Positions 50,170 through 59,220 of a stretch of DNA of 60,083 nt are shown here, piece by piece; the stretch's first letter is position 1, and the number at the start of each line of letters is the position of its first letter. The stretch spans positions 131,232-191,314 of the forward strand of contig CAZHWM010000012.1 of assembly GCA_964535935.1 (NCBI GenBank), read 5' to 3'. The translations under genes and the position numbers were made by a program. The stretch comes from an uncultured Planctomycetales bacterium (GTDB taxonomy: Bacteria > Omnitrophota > Gorgyraeia > Zapsychrales > Zapsychraceae). The notes below the pieces were generated by a model that worked only from the letters and a program-made list of their open reading frames with translations, was not told the origin of the DNA and did not search any database.

Positions 50170-51482
50170 TGTAATTTCTCCATTCTTATAGCAACCGGTT
50201 TATCTCTAACAACAGAAAGCCTGTTTATCTGACTAAGCGCCATACGGATATTTCTCTCCGAGGTATAATCTGTAAGCATAACAACAGGAACAGTGGAAAG
50301 ACGATTGTGTGCCCTCTGAGTAACAGAGTTAATACTTATACCATGTCTACCAAGTATACCAGAAATTTTCGACAATACTCCTGGTTTGTCTGTCACCATG
50401 AACCTTATATAAAATTTTGTTTGTATCTGATCTATTTTCCTGATCTTCAAACCTTTACCTTCACTATAAATATTTCGCAATGCTGAGGTATTAACATGAC
50501 CAGATGCAAGATTTATAAGATCACTTATCACACCAGATGCGGCTGCCATTTGTCCTGCACCTTCCCCGGAAATAAGAATATCTCCTAAAGGTGAAGTTTG
50601 AAAAAATACTGCATTATATATACCATTTATTGAGGCAAGTGGATGCCCCTTAGCAATAAGTGTAGGATGAACCCGTGCCTCTATCTCATCCGATGTCTTA
50701 GTATTAGGAGACGATACTTTTTTAGATATTGCTAATAATTTTATAACCAATCCAAGGCTTTCTGCATATTCTATGTCCTCGCCTGATATATGAGTAATAC
50801 CTTCGGTGTATATATCCTTTACCCTGATAAATTTACCAAACCCAAGACTTATCATAATAGCTAGCTTATGTGCTGTGTCCATACCATTAATATCCAAAGT
50901 AGGATCGCTTTCCGCATAACCTTTTTTTTGAGCAGCCTTCACAGCATCTTCAAAAGAACATCTGTTTTTTGTCATCTCACTTAAAATAAAATTACACGTG
51001 CCATTCACTATCCCGTATATCCCATCGAAACTATTACCGGCAATGCCTTCTGTTATGGTTTTGATAATAGGGACCCCTGCACATACAGACGATTCAAAAA
51101 ATATGCTCTTACGATATTTATCTGCTAACCTAAACAAAATATTACCAAAATTAGAAATAAGCGCCTTATTAGCAGTAACAAAATATTTCCCAGCCCTAAT
51201 AGCCTTTTCTGCTATCTCCTTTGCCGGATGAAGCCCTCCTATAAGTTCAACAACAGTATCTATATTATCCGCACCAACAATATCCTCATAACTAGTGGTC
51301 AGCATTATATCTTTGTTTAATGAATTAATATTCTTTTTATGTATATCCAAATCACATATTGCTTTAATAGAAAGATTTACACCGAACTTTTTCTTAATAT
51401 AATTCCCCTTTTTTTTAATAAAAATAGCCACCCCGCTGCCTACCGTCCCATAACCTATTAAACCTATATTAACGTTTCTCAT
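50166..51482 (-). CDS. hom: Homoserine dehydrogenase with C-terminal ACT domain
   Basis: [55 protein letters not shown]. Confidence 0.95.
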   Translation of the reverse strand: MRNVNIGLIGYGTVGSGVAIFIKKKGNYIKKKFGVNLSIKAICDLDIHKKNINSLNKDIMLTTSYEDIVGADNIDTVVELIGGLHPAKEIAEKAIRAGKYFVTANKALISNFGNILFRLADKYRKSIFFESSVCAGVPIIKTITEGIAGNSFDGIYGIVNGTCNFILSEMTKNRCSFEDAVKAAQKKGYAESDPTLDINGMDTAHKLAIMISLGFGKFIRVKDIYTEGITHISGEDIEYAESLGLVIKLLAISKKVSSPNTKTSDEIEARVHPTLIAKGHPLASINGIYNAVFFQTSPLGDILISGEGAGQMAAASGVISDLINLASGHVNTSALRNIYSEGKGLKIRKIDQIQTKFYIRFMVTDKPGVLSKISGILGRHGISINSVTQRAHNRLSTVPVVMLTDYTSERNIRMALSQINRLSVVRDKPVAIRMEKLQ

Positions 51483-51862
51483 AACTCATCTCTCCTATTA
51501 GCAAAGAAGTCCATAATTTTCTTTAATAAAAATTTAGCCTCTGGTGTAAGATCTTTAAACTGTAGACGTGTGTTATATAAAATACCCTTAGCTGTTTCAT
51601 GTGATTCTAACACCACCCCTTCTAAATAAGTAGCATCACTCAGATATGGGGTATTCAAATCGATACCCATCACCGTTCCCGGTGCATACGCCCTTGTAGT
51701 GATAAAACACATACCACCTAAGCTGATATTCTTTAATTGGGTCACTTCGTATTTCTTTTCTGGATTATCTCTGAGATAATAAGAAAGCAAAAAATGCTTT
51801 TTAATCCGTTTATTCTTTCTTCTTTCAACCTTTGAATATTGATCCTTCATTAAAACCTCCAA
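51479..51862 (-). CDS. Stand-alone PilZ domain protein
   Basis: ERRKNKR (RxxxR) and NISLGG ([DN]xSxxG); ATGA overlap with hom. Confidence 0.85.
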   Translation of the reverse strand: MEVLMKDQYSKVERRKNKRIKKHFLLSYYLRDNPEKKYEVTQLKNISLGGMCFITTRAYAPGTVMGIDLNTPYLSDATYLEGVVLESHETAKGILYNTRLQFKDLTPEAKFLLKKIMDFFANRRDEL

Positions 51863-51922
51863 AATCTAGAAAACAAGGCCAAATAAATTAATATCTCATT
51901 GAGAAATATAACTATAAATAAA

Positions 51923-51999
51923 TGGTCGGAGCGGTGAGACTTGAACTCACGACCTCTTGAACCCCATTCAAGTGCGCTAGCCATCTGCGCCACGCTCCG
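51923..51999 (-). tRNA. tRNA-Pro(GGG)
   Basis: CGGAGCG stem, CTTGA-ATGGGGT-TCAAG anticodon arm, GTGAG-TTCAAGT-CTCAC; ends ACCA (CCA encoded). Confidence 0.96.
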
Positions 52000-52125
52000 A
52001 GAGATACAACCATTCCTAATTACAAGAACACTCCCTTTTCTTTATTAAAAATGTTTATATATATTAATATATTTTTAATATTACGACAAGGGTTAATTAA
52101 AAAAATACCTTATCGAATAACAAAA

Positions 52126-53133
52126 TTATTCGGATTTGAGTTTGCGGTTCATTAAACTTGAAACCGCATCAATAGGAGGTTTATTTTTATAAATGATATG
52201 ATAAACTTCATGTGTTATAGGCATATACACCTCATACTTAAGACTAAGTTTATATACTGATTTTACTGTATCTACTCCTTCTGCTACCATCTCCATTGAA
52301 GAGAGAATATCATCAATAAACTTGCCTTTGCCAAGTTGTTCCCCAACATACCTGTTACGACTCTTTGGACTAAAACACGTAGTAACCATATCTCCCAACC
52401 CAGCCAGCCCGGAGAAAGTCTTTCTTTTAGCACCCATTACACTACCAAGGCGTGCCATTTCAACCAATCCACGTGTCAATATTGCTGCCTTAGTATTAGC
52501 CCCAAAACCAAGCCCATCGCATACACCACACGCAATGGCTATAATATTTTTTATACTGCCACAAAGTTCTACTCCAATAACATCAGTATTAGTATATACA
52601 CGAAAAAACTGAGAATTAAATACATTTTGTATTATCTTTGCTACAGTTGCCCTTCGGGCCGCAACGACAGCTGTTGAAGGCATATTTCTAGCCACTTCAA
52701 TAGCAATGGTAGGTCCTGACAAAACTGCAACATCTACAGTCCCAAGCCATTCTACTAACATTTCTGAGATTCTTTCTAATGAAACATTATCTATTCCTTT
52801 AGTGACACTAACAAAAAATTTTTTTGTAAAGTCTGTCTTAACTCGTGCTAAACGTTTTATAATATTACGGGCATATCTTGAAGGAATAGCAAATACTATA
52901 AGATCGGCTTCGGCAACAGCATAAGTTAAGTCGCTGGTCAACTGCAAGGCTGAAGGCAACTTGATATCAGGCAAAAATTTCGAATTATATCTATTTTCTC
53001 TCATGTGAGAAATATAATCAGAAAAGGGTCCCCATAACTTCACTAAATATCCTTTTTTAAGCAAAAAAATTGCTAAAGTGGTTCCCCAGCCACCATCACC
53101 TATAACAGATATTTTCTCTATAGTCTTTTTCAT
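52126..53133 (-). CDS. gpsA: NAD(P)H-dependent glycerol-3-phosphate dehydrogenase
   Basis: IGDGGWGTTLA, VTKGI, LSGPTIA.EV, GVELCGSIKNIIAIA, GLAGLGD..TTC..SRNR.VG, EGV.T. Confidence 0.95.
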   Translation of the reverse strand: MKKTIEKISVIGDGGWGTTLAIFLLKKGYLVKLWGPFSDYISHMRENRYNSKFLPDIKLPSALQLTSDLTYAVAEADLIVFAIPSRYARNIIKRLARVKTDFTKKFFVSVTKGIDNVSLERISEMLVEWLGTVDVAVLSGPTIAIEVARNMPSTAVVAARRATVAKIIQNVFNSQFFRVYTNTDVIGVELCGSIKNIIAIACGVCDGLGFGANTKAAILTRGLVEMARLGSVMGAKRKTFSGLAGLGDMVTTCFSPKSRNRYVGEQLGKGKFIDDILSSMEMVAEGVDTVKSVYKLSLKYEVYMPITHEVYHIIYKNKPPIDAVSSLMNRKLKSE

Positions 53134-53177
53134 ATATTAAATGTTAAAAGGAACATAAAATTCAATTTTAATAAATA

Positions 53178-55049
53178 CTATGGTTTCATTACCTTAAAAA
53201 GGGCAAAATCTGAATTTGTGTATATCCTTTTAAATAAATGATTGTTATCAGCAGGGACAATATATCTTAAAAATACTACATAATTGGCATTATATTTTAG
53301 TATAGCATTTTTAATTGCACCTATTATTGGCCTATGTGGTCTAATTGTATAAGCAGATATATCATCAATCCTCTTTTTCCATTCCAAAGCTGCATCATAA
53401 TCAAAACCTACAATACCACAATCTCGCTCAGAAGCAACTATCTTCCTCTCAGAAAAAATACGAAATCCTCCCATAGGTAAATCATATGGGACTAATATTA
53501 CGGCATCTTTGGGTGTATTTTCTTTTACAAACCGTTGCATATCTACCCAACTCCTCATAACACGCCAAAAACCATCACCATGTTTCTCTCTGTAGTGTCG
53601 CTCAATGTTATAATGAACAAATTGTATTACAGAGATAATTAACGGAACAATATAAAATAATTTTTTTATCCTCCCTCTCCTTTTAGTATTAACATAATTT
53701 GCAGCTATGTATACTATAACTATACCTAAAGTTAATATTATTAAACAAACATAAGTGCTGGGTTGATATAGTTGTTGTTTAAATAGCAAATAGATCCCAA
53801 ATACACAATATAAAACAAAAAAAGTTGAAATAGTCATTATCAAGACACCCAACCACTTTATTCTAACTTTTCTGGCATTAAAAGCTATCAAGGTAAAAAA
53901 TAATAAAGCTAAAGCCGTAAGCTTTATATATTCACTGTATTTCAACATTGAAAATATTGCTGACATAGCCAAACCAACTGCAATAGAGCTTTCTTCTATT
54001 TTCTTTATAAACAAAATAGTAGTAAATCCCATAAGAAGAAAATGTAAATATTGAGTATTCCGTATAAGGTTCAAATCAACCACAAACTTAATAGGATAAA
54101 TATATGTAAATACAAAACAGATAACTAAAAGAGAAAAGGCCCCTATACAAAAAGCTAATGCCTTCTTATTATGTCTAAAAAAACTGTTGAAAATTATATT
54201 TATTATAAAAAGAAAAATTAAGACTAAATACTTTTTAGTAGCGGCAAAAAATAATTTAAAAGAACTAACTATAATTTTAAGACTAACTGGTGGGAACATA
54301 AAATTTTGAGGACAGGCAAGCAAATAAAGAGCTTTCCAATCCGTATGAGAAATACCTGCTGAAATATTCTTTGCCGCCATATGGTTTCCAATAACCCAAA
54401 AAATAAACGGTGAGGCAAAGATTAAATAAAACAATGATGCCTTAATGAACGTGAGAAAGCCATGTCGTTTAAATTGCCATAAAAGATATATCTCCATATA
54501 AATAAATGGGAATAAACTATACAATGCATGAAAATCTGTAGCAACTCCTAGCAATATGGCAGCAGTAAAAAATCTATCAATAAAAAAGAAATATATACCC
54601 GCAAAAATAATAGCAAGGGCAAATTCTTGATGAGAAAATGTTCTATAAAGAAATTCATATACCCTACTAAATGCAATAAAAACTATTACACACGAAAAAG
54701 CATGTAACTTATCTTTTGTTATTGAGAGCCATAATTTGTATATCCAAAAAAATAAAAAATACCTACTAATAAGATAAAGGATAAAATATACTAGAGGAAT
54801 CTGGTTAATACTAATAATATGAGCCAATATTGGATAAAGATATGATGGGAAATTTCTTTTAAGACTATCTACATAATAATCCCCCACATAAAGACTACTA
54901 TCTATTAAACTTTTCAATAAAGGAATCTCAACATGTTGATCATCCCAACCATACTTGTAACTAGTAGTAGACAAAAAAACACCCAATAACACTAAAGAAA
55001 TAAACCAAGTAGAATATAGATATTTAAATAAAACTCGGAAAGAATTCAT
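53178..55049 (-). CDS. Polytopic membrane protein, putative GT-C-fold glycosyltransferase
   Basis: About 12 hydrophobic segments, acidic first loop YGWDDQHVEIP, C-terminal soluble domain (VKENTPKDAVILVP, FRIFSER); the family call is inference. Confidence 0.55.
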   Translation of the reverse strand: MNSFRVLFKYLYSTWFISLVLLGVFLSTTSYKYGWDDQHVEIPLLKSLIDSSLYVGDYYVDSLKRNFPSYLYPILAHIISINQIPLVYFILYLISRYFLFFWIYKLWLSITKDKLHAFSCVIVFIAFSRVYEFLYRTFSHQEFALAIIFAGIYFFFIDRFFTAAILLGVATDFHALYSLFPFIYMEIYLLWQFKRHGFLTFIKASLFYLIFASPFIFWVIGNHMAAKNISAGISHTDWKALYLLACPQNFMFPPVSLKIIVSSFKLFFAATKKYLVLIFLFIINIIFNSFFRHNKKALAFCIGAFSLLVICFVFTYIYPIKFVVDLNLIRNTQYLHFLLMGFTTILFIKKIEESSIAVGLAMSAIFSMLKYSEYIKLTALALLFFTLIAFNARKVRIKWLGVLIMTISTFFVLYCVFGIYLLFKQQLYQPSTYVCLIILTLGIVIVYIAANYVNTKRRGRIKKLFYIVPLIISVIQFVHYNIERHYREKHGDGFWRVMRSWVDMQRFVKENTPKDAVILVPYDLPMGGFRIFSERKIVASERDCGIVGFDYDAALEWKKRIDDISAYTIRPHRPIIGAIKNAILKYNANYVVFLRYIVPADNNHLFKRIYTNSDFALFKVMKP

Positions 55050-55097
55050 GGTGAGAATAATATATATATTATAATTATATAATAACTAAACTAAAAA

Positions 55098-55168
55098 AGC
55101 GGGCGATGAGGATCGAACTCACGTTTCAAGCTTGGAAGGCTTGTGTTCTACCACTGAACTACGCCCGC
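55098..55168 (-). tRNA. tRNA-Gly(TCC)
   Basis: GCGGGCG stem, CAAGC-CTTCCAA-GCTTG anticodon arm, GTGAG-TTCGATC-CTCAT; CCA not encoded. Confidence 0.96.
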
Positions 55169-55201
55169 CTATATTCCTCACTTTTCAGAGGGATATATAA
55201 A

Positions 55202-55284
55202 TGGGCAGGGAAGGATTCGAACCTCCGAAGCGCAAGCGCAGCAGATTTACAGTCTGCCCTCGTTGACCACTTGAGTACCTGCCC
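55202..55284 (-). tRNA. tRNA-Tyr(GTA)
   Basis: GGGCAGG stem, GCAGA-CTGTAAA-TCTGC anticodon arm, long variable arm, GGTTCGAATCC; CCA not encoded. Confidence 0.96.
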
Positions 55285-55315
55285 AAAAATCTACCATCAG
55301 ATTTCTCTAGATAAA

Positions 55316-55388
55316 AGCCGGCGAGAGGCCTCGAACCCCCGACCCGCTGATTACAAATCAGCTGCTCTACCAACTGAGCTACGCCGGC
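55316..55388 (-). tRNA. tRNA-Thr(TGT)
   Basis: GCCGGCG stem, GCTGA-TTTGTAA-TCAGC anticodon arm, GGGGG-TTCGAGG-CCTCT; CCA not encoded. Confidence 0.95.
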
Positions 55389-55442
55389 TTAAATACCCAA
55401 CAAACCATGGAAATTTAGCTCCTTCTCGAATAATGAAGCATA

Positions 55443-55471
55443 AGTATACCAAAATTTTACGCAGATGTAAA
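55443..55471 (-). promoter_or_regulatory. Putative sigma70 promoter of the Thr-Tyr-Gly tRNA operon
   Basis: Minus strand TTTACA-17 nt-TATACT with an extended -10 TG, about 55 bp upstream of tRNA-Thr. Confidence 0.65.
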
Positions 55472-55488
55472 GGATGAATATAGCGTTT

Positions 55489-55848
55489 TTAAGATAAAAT
55501 AGAAGATATATATTTCAATAATTTATCCTGCTCATCCTGAGAAAGACCAAAAAATTCTATACCCACACAGTGATACCCCAAATATTCTGACATACTTTGC
55601 CATACGACTCTACCCCTTACTTCAAAAGCCTGAGGATTTCCAGAAAAATATAAATTCATATACAAAATAGTATCAATATCTATTTTACGTTGAGCATAAA
55701 TACATACCCCATAAGCACTAAGATCCTTAATAAAAACAGTTTGTCTATGGACTGATTCCTCACTCAAAGAATAATCAGCAACCACACCCTTTACACGTTT
55801 TCCCCTGCGAGTTTTACTAATTCCTTGATGATAATTTTTCCCCTCCAT
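55489..55848 (-). CDS. Stand-alone PilZ domain protein
   Basis: RRGKR (RxxxR), DLSAYG (DxSxxG), VRGRVVW..GIEF. Confidence 0.82.
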   Translation of the reverse strand: MEGKNYHQGISKTRRGKRVKGVVADYSLSEESVHRQTVFIKDLSAYGVCIYAQRKIDIDTILYMNLYFSGNPQAFEVRGRVVWQSMSEYLGYHCVGIEFFGLSQDEQDKLLKYISSILS

Positions 55849-55992
55849 CTATCTTTCTCCTAATATAAATTTTATTCTTTAAAAATTAAAAAATATTATA
55901 TTATTTTTATTTTTTTTATATATAATATTTTAGCATATTTCCTTTTAAATTAAAGAGCTATTAAAATTATATCAACTTTAAGGAGAAACAAA

Positions 55993-57204
55993 ATGAAAAA
56001 AATAGGAATAATTACAAGTGGAGGCGATTGTGGTGGACTTAATGCTGTACTTAAAGGAACCGCATTAATGGCAAGGAGATATGGGACATCTTGTTTTGTA
56101 ATTCCCAATGGATATGCGGGCCTGTATAATTTAGTAGAATTTGATAAACTTGTTGAATTAACTCCTGAAAGGATAGATTCCGTAAATGCAAATGCTGCAG
56201 GCTCTGAGGCAGGACATTCTCGTGTAAAAATAGCAAAGATTGCAGATCCCGATAAGTACAAAAGAATAAAAGCCGGTCTTAAAAAATTTAAATTAGAAGG
56301 ACTGGTCATTAGCGGTGGGGATGATACAGGAAAGGTAATGATAGACCTAGCAGAACAAGGGATTAAATGTGTACATGCACCCAAAACGATGGATTTAGAC
56401 TTACAAACGTATTCTGTAGGTTTTGATTCTACAGTCAATCGCATAGCACGCTTTGTAGATGATATAAAAACCACTGGCCGGACACATAACAGAATTATAG
56501 TAATGGAGGTATTCGGAAGATATGCCGGACATACCGCATTTCGAGCTGGTATAGCAGCTGATGCCGATGCCATATTGATACCAGAAGTGCCTGTTGATTT
56601 TGATATTTTATATAAAGATTGTAAAGAAACCTTTATGTCTAGGGTTGCATCGAGTGATGTTAAAGCGGGGACCTATCTAATTTTAGTAGCTGAAGGGCTT
56701 AAAAAAGCTGACGGCGGTGAACTTTATGACAAATCAGCTGGAACAGATGCATTTGGGCATAAAAGATTGGCAGGAGCCGGTAAATATGTTTGCGATGAAC
56801 TTACTAAAAGATTAAAAACTGATCCGGAGATAAAACAGTTTATGAAAGAGCAAAAAATGTTTGTTAAAGATCTCTACGAAATACCAGAGGTAAGAACCGT
56901 ATCTCCCGGTCATTTAGTCCGATGTGGAGACTCCTCTGTATATGACGTTAATTTTGGCAAGGAAGTAGGTGCCGGGGCAGTTATATTATTGCATGAAGGC
57001 AAAAGCGGTGTAACTATAGTAGGAGTCAGCCGTGGAAAAATAGAATATATAGATGCTCACAAGGCAATAAAACAAAGATATGTGGATCCACGTATTATAG
57101 CATTTCATGAACAAATGGGTGTATGCTTTGGACGTAATATCACATGGGAGCCACCTATATGTGAAGAAAGGAAAGGCCATATTCGTAGATATTTGAATAC
57201 TTAA
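55993..57204 (+). CDS. pfkA: 6-phosphofructokinase, predicted PPi-dependent
   Basis: TSGGDCGGLNAV, SGGDDT (GGDD, with Asp at the donor-specificity position), PKTMD, EVFGRYAGH, IPE, GHLVR. Confidence 0.9.
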   Translation: MKKIGIITSGGDCGGLNAVLKGTALMARRYGTSCFVIPNGYAGLYNLVEFDKLVELTPERIDSVNANAAGSEAGHSRVKIAKIADPDKYKRIKAGLKKFKLEGLVISGGDDTGKVMIDLAEQGIKCVHAPKTMDLDLQTYSVGFDSTVNRIARFVDDIKTTGRTHNRIIVMEVFGRYAGHTAFRAGIAADADAILIPEVPVDFDILYKDCKETFMSRVASSDVKAGTYLILVAEGLKKADGGELYDKSAGTDAFGHKRLAGAGKYVCDELTKRLKTDPEIKQFMKEQKMFVKDLYEIPEVRTVSPGHLVRCGDSSVYDVNFGKEVGAGAVILLHEGKSGVTIVGVSRGKIEYIDAHKAIKQRYVDPRIIAFHEQMGVCFGRNITWEPPICEERKGHIRRYLNT

Positions 57205-57337
57205 AAATAATATTCCAATAATATTAAATATCATTCCTGCCTAGCGTAATATTTCTATCTCAGTTTTTTGTTTTGTTTAGAATAACACGGCAGGCAGAAA
57301 GTAACAATTTTTATTAATTCTTAATTATTTCCCATCC

Positions 57338-58771
57338 ATGAAAAGACAAATCATAAAAAAATTTTTAATATTTTTAACACTCACCTTTCTTAGTATATCT
57401 GCCTTTATTATACGGTTAAATAATTTTAAAAAGCATCAAATGCGCACAATAGATGAAATAGTTTATTATACAATGGGCTCCCAGATGGCCAAAAACATCC
57501 TTGACTACAATACAATTCCCTATGGCAAAAAACTCATGGCCAGCGGAAGGAAATTACCTAAATATTTCTCTGAACCACTTTTTAAACATCCGCCTGTATT
57601 CTCACTGCTTATCAGCTTCTCTATAAGAATATTTGGAGATAAACTTTTATCTGCAGAATATATATCATTAACTGCCGGGATATTAATGATACCTCTCATA
57701 TATTTATTAGCCACTTTGATTTTTGACTGGAAAATAGGATTAATATCTGCTTTGTTTTTATGGTTAGATCCAATTACCATCATGTGCTCCCAAAAGGTAT
57801 GGATGGGAACAACAATAGCCTTTTTTGTCCTACTATCTGCAGTACTGTTTATTTCCGCTTTAAAATATAATAAAAATTGGCTATTTATATTAAGTGGAAT
57901 TTCTGCAGGCTTGGCAGTTAACACTAAGTATACAGGTATTCTTATTACTATAGCAATAACAATATTTGCTATAATCTACAAAAAAAATTTATTTAAAAAT
58001 AAATATTTTATTATATCTCTAGGCCTTCCAATTATTATGCTTATGCCTTGGTTTTATTGGAATTATAAAGTATATGGGATAAAGTCAGTATTAAGACATC
58101 CTGAATTATTGGCATTAGTAAAAGATATAAAACGGCTTTCAAAAATCATTCCAATTTTTCTTCTTGCTGGTATAGGAACTATATTATATAAAAAAATCAA
58201 AAAGAATAACAAATCAAATATCTGGTATTATTTTACTAATAATAAGAATATAAAAAATAATAATATATTATCTAGTCTTTCCTACATCCTTATTTTAACT
58301 ATAATATGCATATTTCTTAAAAATGCTTTATTACATAGCTTACAACCGAGACATATTCCATTTACCTCATGGATGTTTGGGGTCTTCTTAAACGAAACCC
58401 CTTCTTTTTATTTTAGACGGCTCATAGAGTACTCTTTTATATATACCTTATCATTTATTTATCTATTCTCTTACACTCCTAATAGGAAACCCGAAGCCTC
58501 TCTTATAAGTATTTCTGCTGGAATTATTCTAACCTTCTTTATTATGTGGGGCAACTATCAATCAAGATATATATTATCTGCTATCCCTTTCCTAATCATA
58601 CTTGGAGTAAAGTTATGGTTCCAATTATTTAATAAAGTGTCAAAAAGTAGTAATACTCTTATATATTTTTTAGGTAGACTGGGACTAAGAGTACTGTTAA
58701 TATATATTTTATTAAAAACATACTTACTTGACGTACTACTTAGTTTCACAAATAATATGTGTTATTTTTGA
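57338..58771 (+). CDS. ArnT/PMT-like GT-C glycosyltransferase (family 39/83-like)
   Basis: IDEIVY in the first loop, FKHPP, GLAVNTKYTG, MPWFYWN, SRYIL; polytopic. Confidence 0.82.
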   Translation: MKRQIIKKFLIFLTLTFLSISAFIIRLNNFKKHQMRTIDEIVYYTMGSQMAKNILDYNTIPYGKKLMASGRKLPKYFSEPLFKHPPVFSLLISFSIRIFGDKLLSAEYISLTAGILMIPLIYLLATLIFDWKIGLISALFLWLDPITIMCSQKVWMGTTIAFFVLLSAVLFISALKYNKNWLFILSGISAGLAVNTKYTGILITIAITIFAIIYKKNLFKNKYFIISLGLPIIMLMPWFYWNYKVYGIKSVLRHPELLALVKDIKRLSKIIPIFLLAGIGTILYKKIKKNNKSNIWYYFTNNKNIKNNNILSSLSYILILTIICIFLKNALLHSLQPRHIPFTSWMFGVFLNETPSFYFRRLIEYSFIYTLSFIYLFSYTPNRKPEASLISISAGIILTFFIMWGNYQSRYILSAIPFLIILGVKLWFQLFNKVSKSSNTLIYFLGRLGLRVLLIYILLKTYLLDVLLSFTNNMCYF

Positions 58772-58854
58772 TTTTTATACTGATTTTACTAAATAAAACA
58801 AATTTTACTCAATTATACGTGTCTAAAAAATGGTAACATATATATATCCACTAC

Positions 58855-58882
58855 TTGACAAAAAAAATTTTTTCGCTATACT
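58855..58882 (+). promoter_or_regulatory. Putative sigma70 promoter of rpmB
   Basis: TTGACA-16 nt-TATACT, 60 bp upstream of the ATG; AGAGGAG SD present. Confidence 0.6.
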
Positions 58883-58941
58883 TCATATATATTGTAATTT
58901 GATAGATTATTTCATTACATAATAAAAGAGGAGAGACTATT

Positions 58942-59169
58942 ATGCCAAAAGTTTGTGAAATATGTAAGAAAGGATACTTGCCTGGAGTAAAATATAAAAG
59001 ACGCGGTATGGTAAAAAGAAAAGGTGGTGCAGGTTCCAAGATTGTAGGAAAGACTCTTAGGCGTTTTTTACCTAATCTCCAACGTGTAAGAATTAATTTA
59101 AACGGTACAATTAAAAGAGTTCATGTATGTACAAGTTGTATTCAAGCTGGGAAAATCACAAAGGTTTAA
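58942..59169 (+). CDS. rpmB: 50S ribosomal protein L28 (Zn-binding C+ form)
   Basis: CEIC, RRFLPNLQ, VCTSC. Confidence 0.95.
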   Translation: MPKVCEICKKGYLPGVKYKRRGMVKRKGGAGSKIVGKTLRRFLPNLQRVRINLNGTIKRVHVCTSCIQAGKITKV

Positions 59170-59220
59170 CATAATAAAATTGTTTTTATTCTTCATATAC
59201 TATAGTTTACACCCTACTAT

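Noticed and set aside
55106-55477. ORFs 55106-55477 (+) and 55185-55373 (-)
   Set aside because: They are translations of the tRNA-Gly/Tyr/Thr genes.
55848-55993. Strand-switch point as possible oriC
   Set aside because: No cluster of TTATCCACA boxes, no dnaA/dnaN nearby, only three plus-strand genes follow, and the plus strand looks C-rich by eye again in 57338-58771.
109-59039. Numerous short ORFs antisense or out of frame to recognised genes (e.g. 1241-1555, 9116-9514, 24333-24839, 26491-26970, 36154-36636, 55950-56573, 57520-57924)
   Set aside because: They lie opposite or within well-supported genes, have no recognisable motifs or SD, and show the S/I/F/L-rich composition of shadow ORFs.
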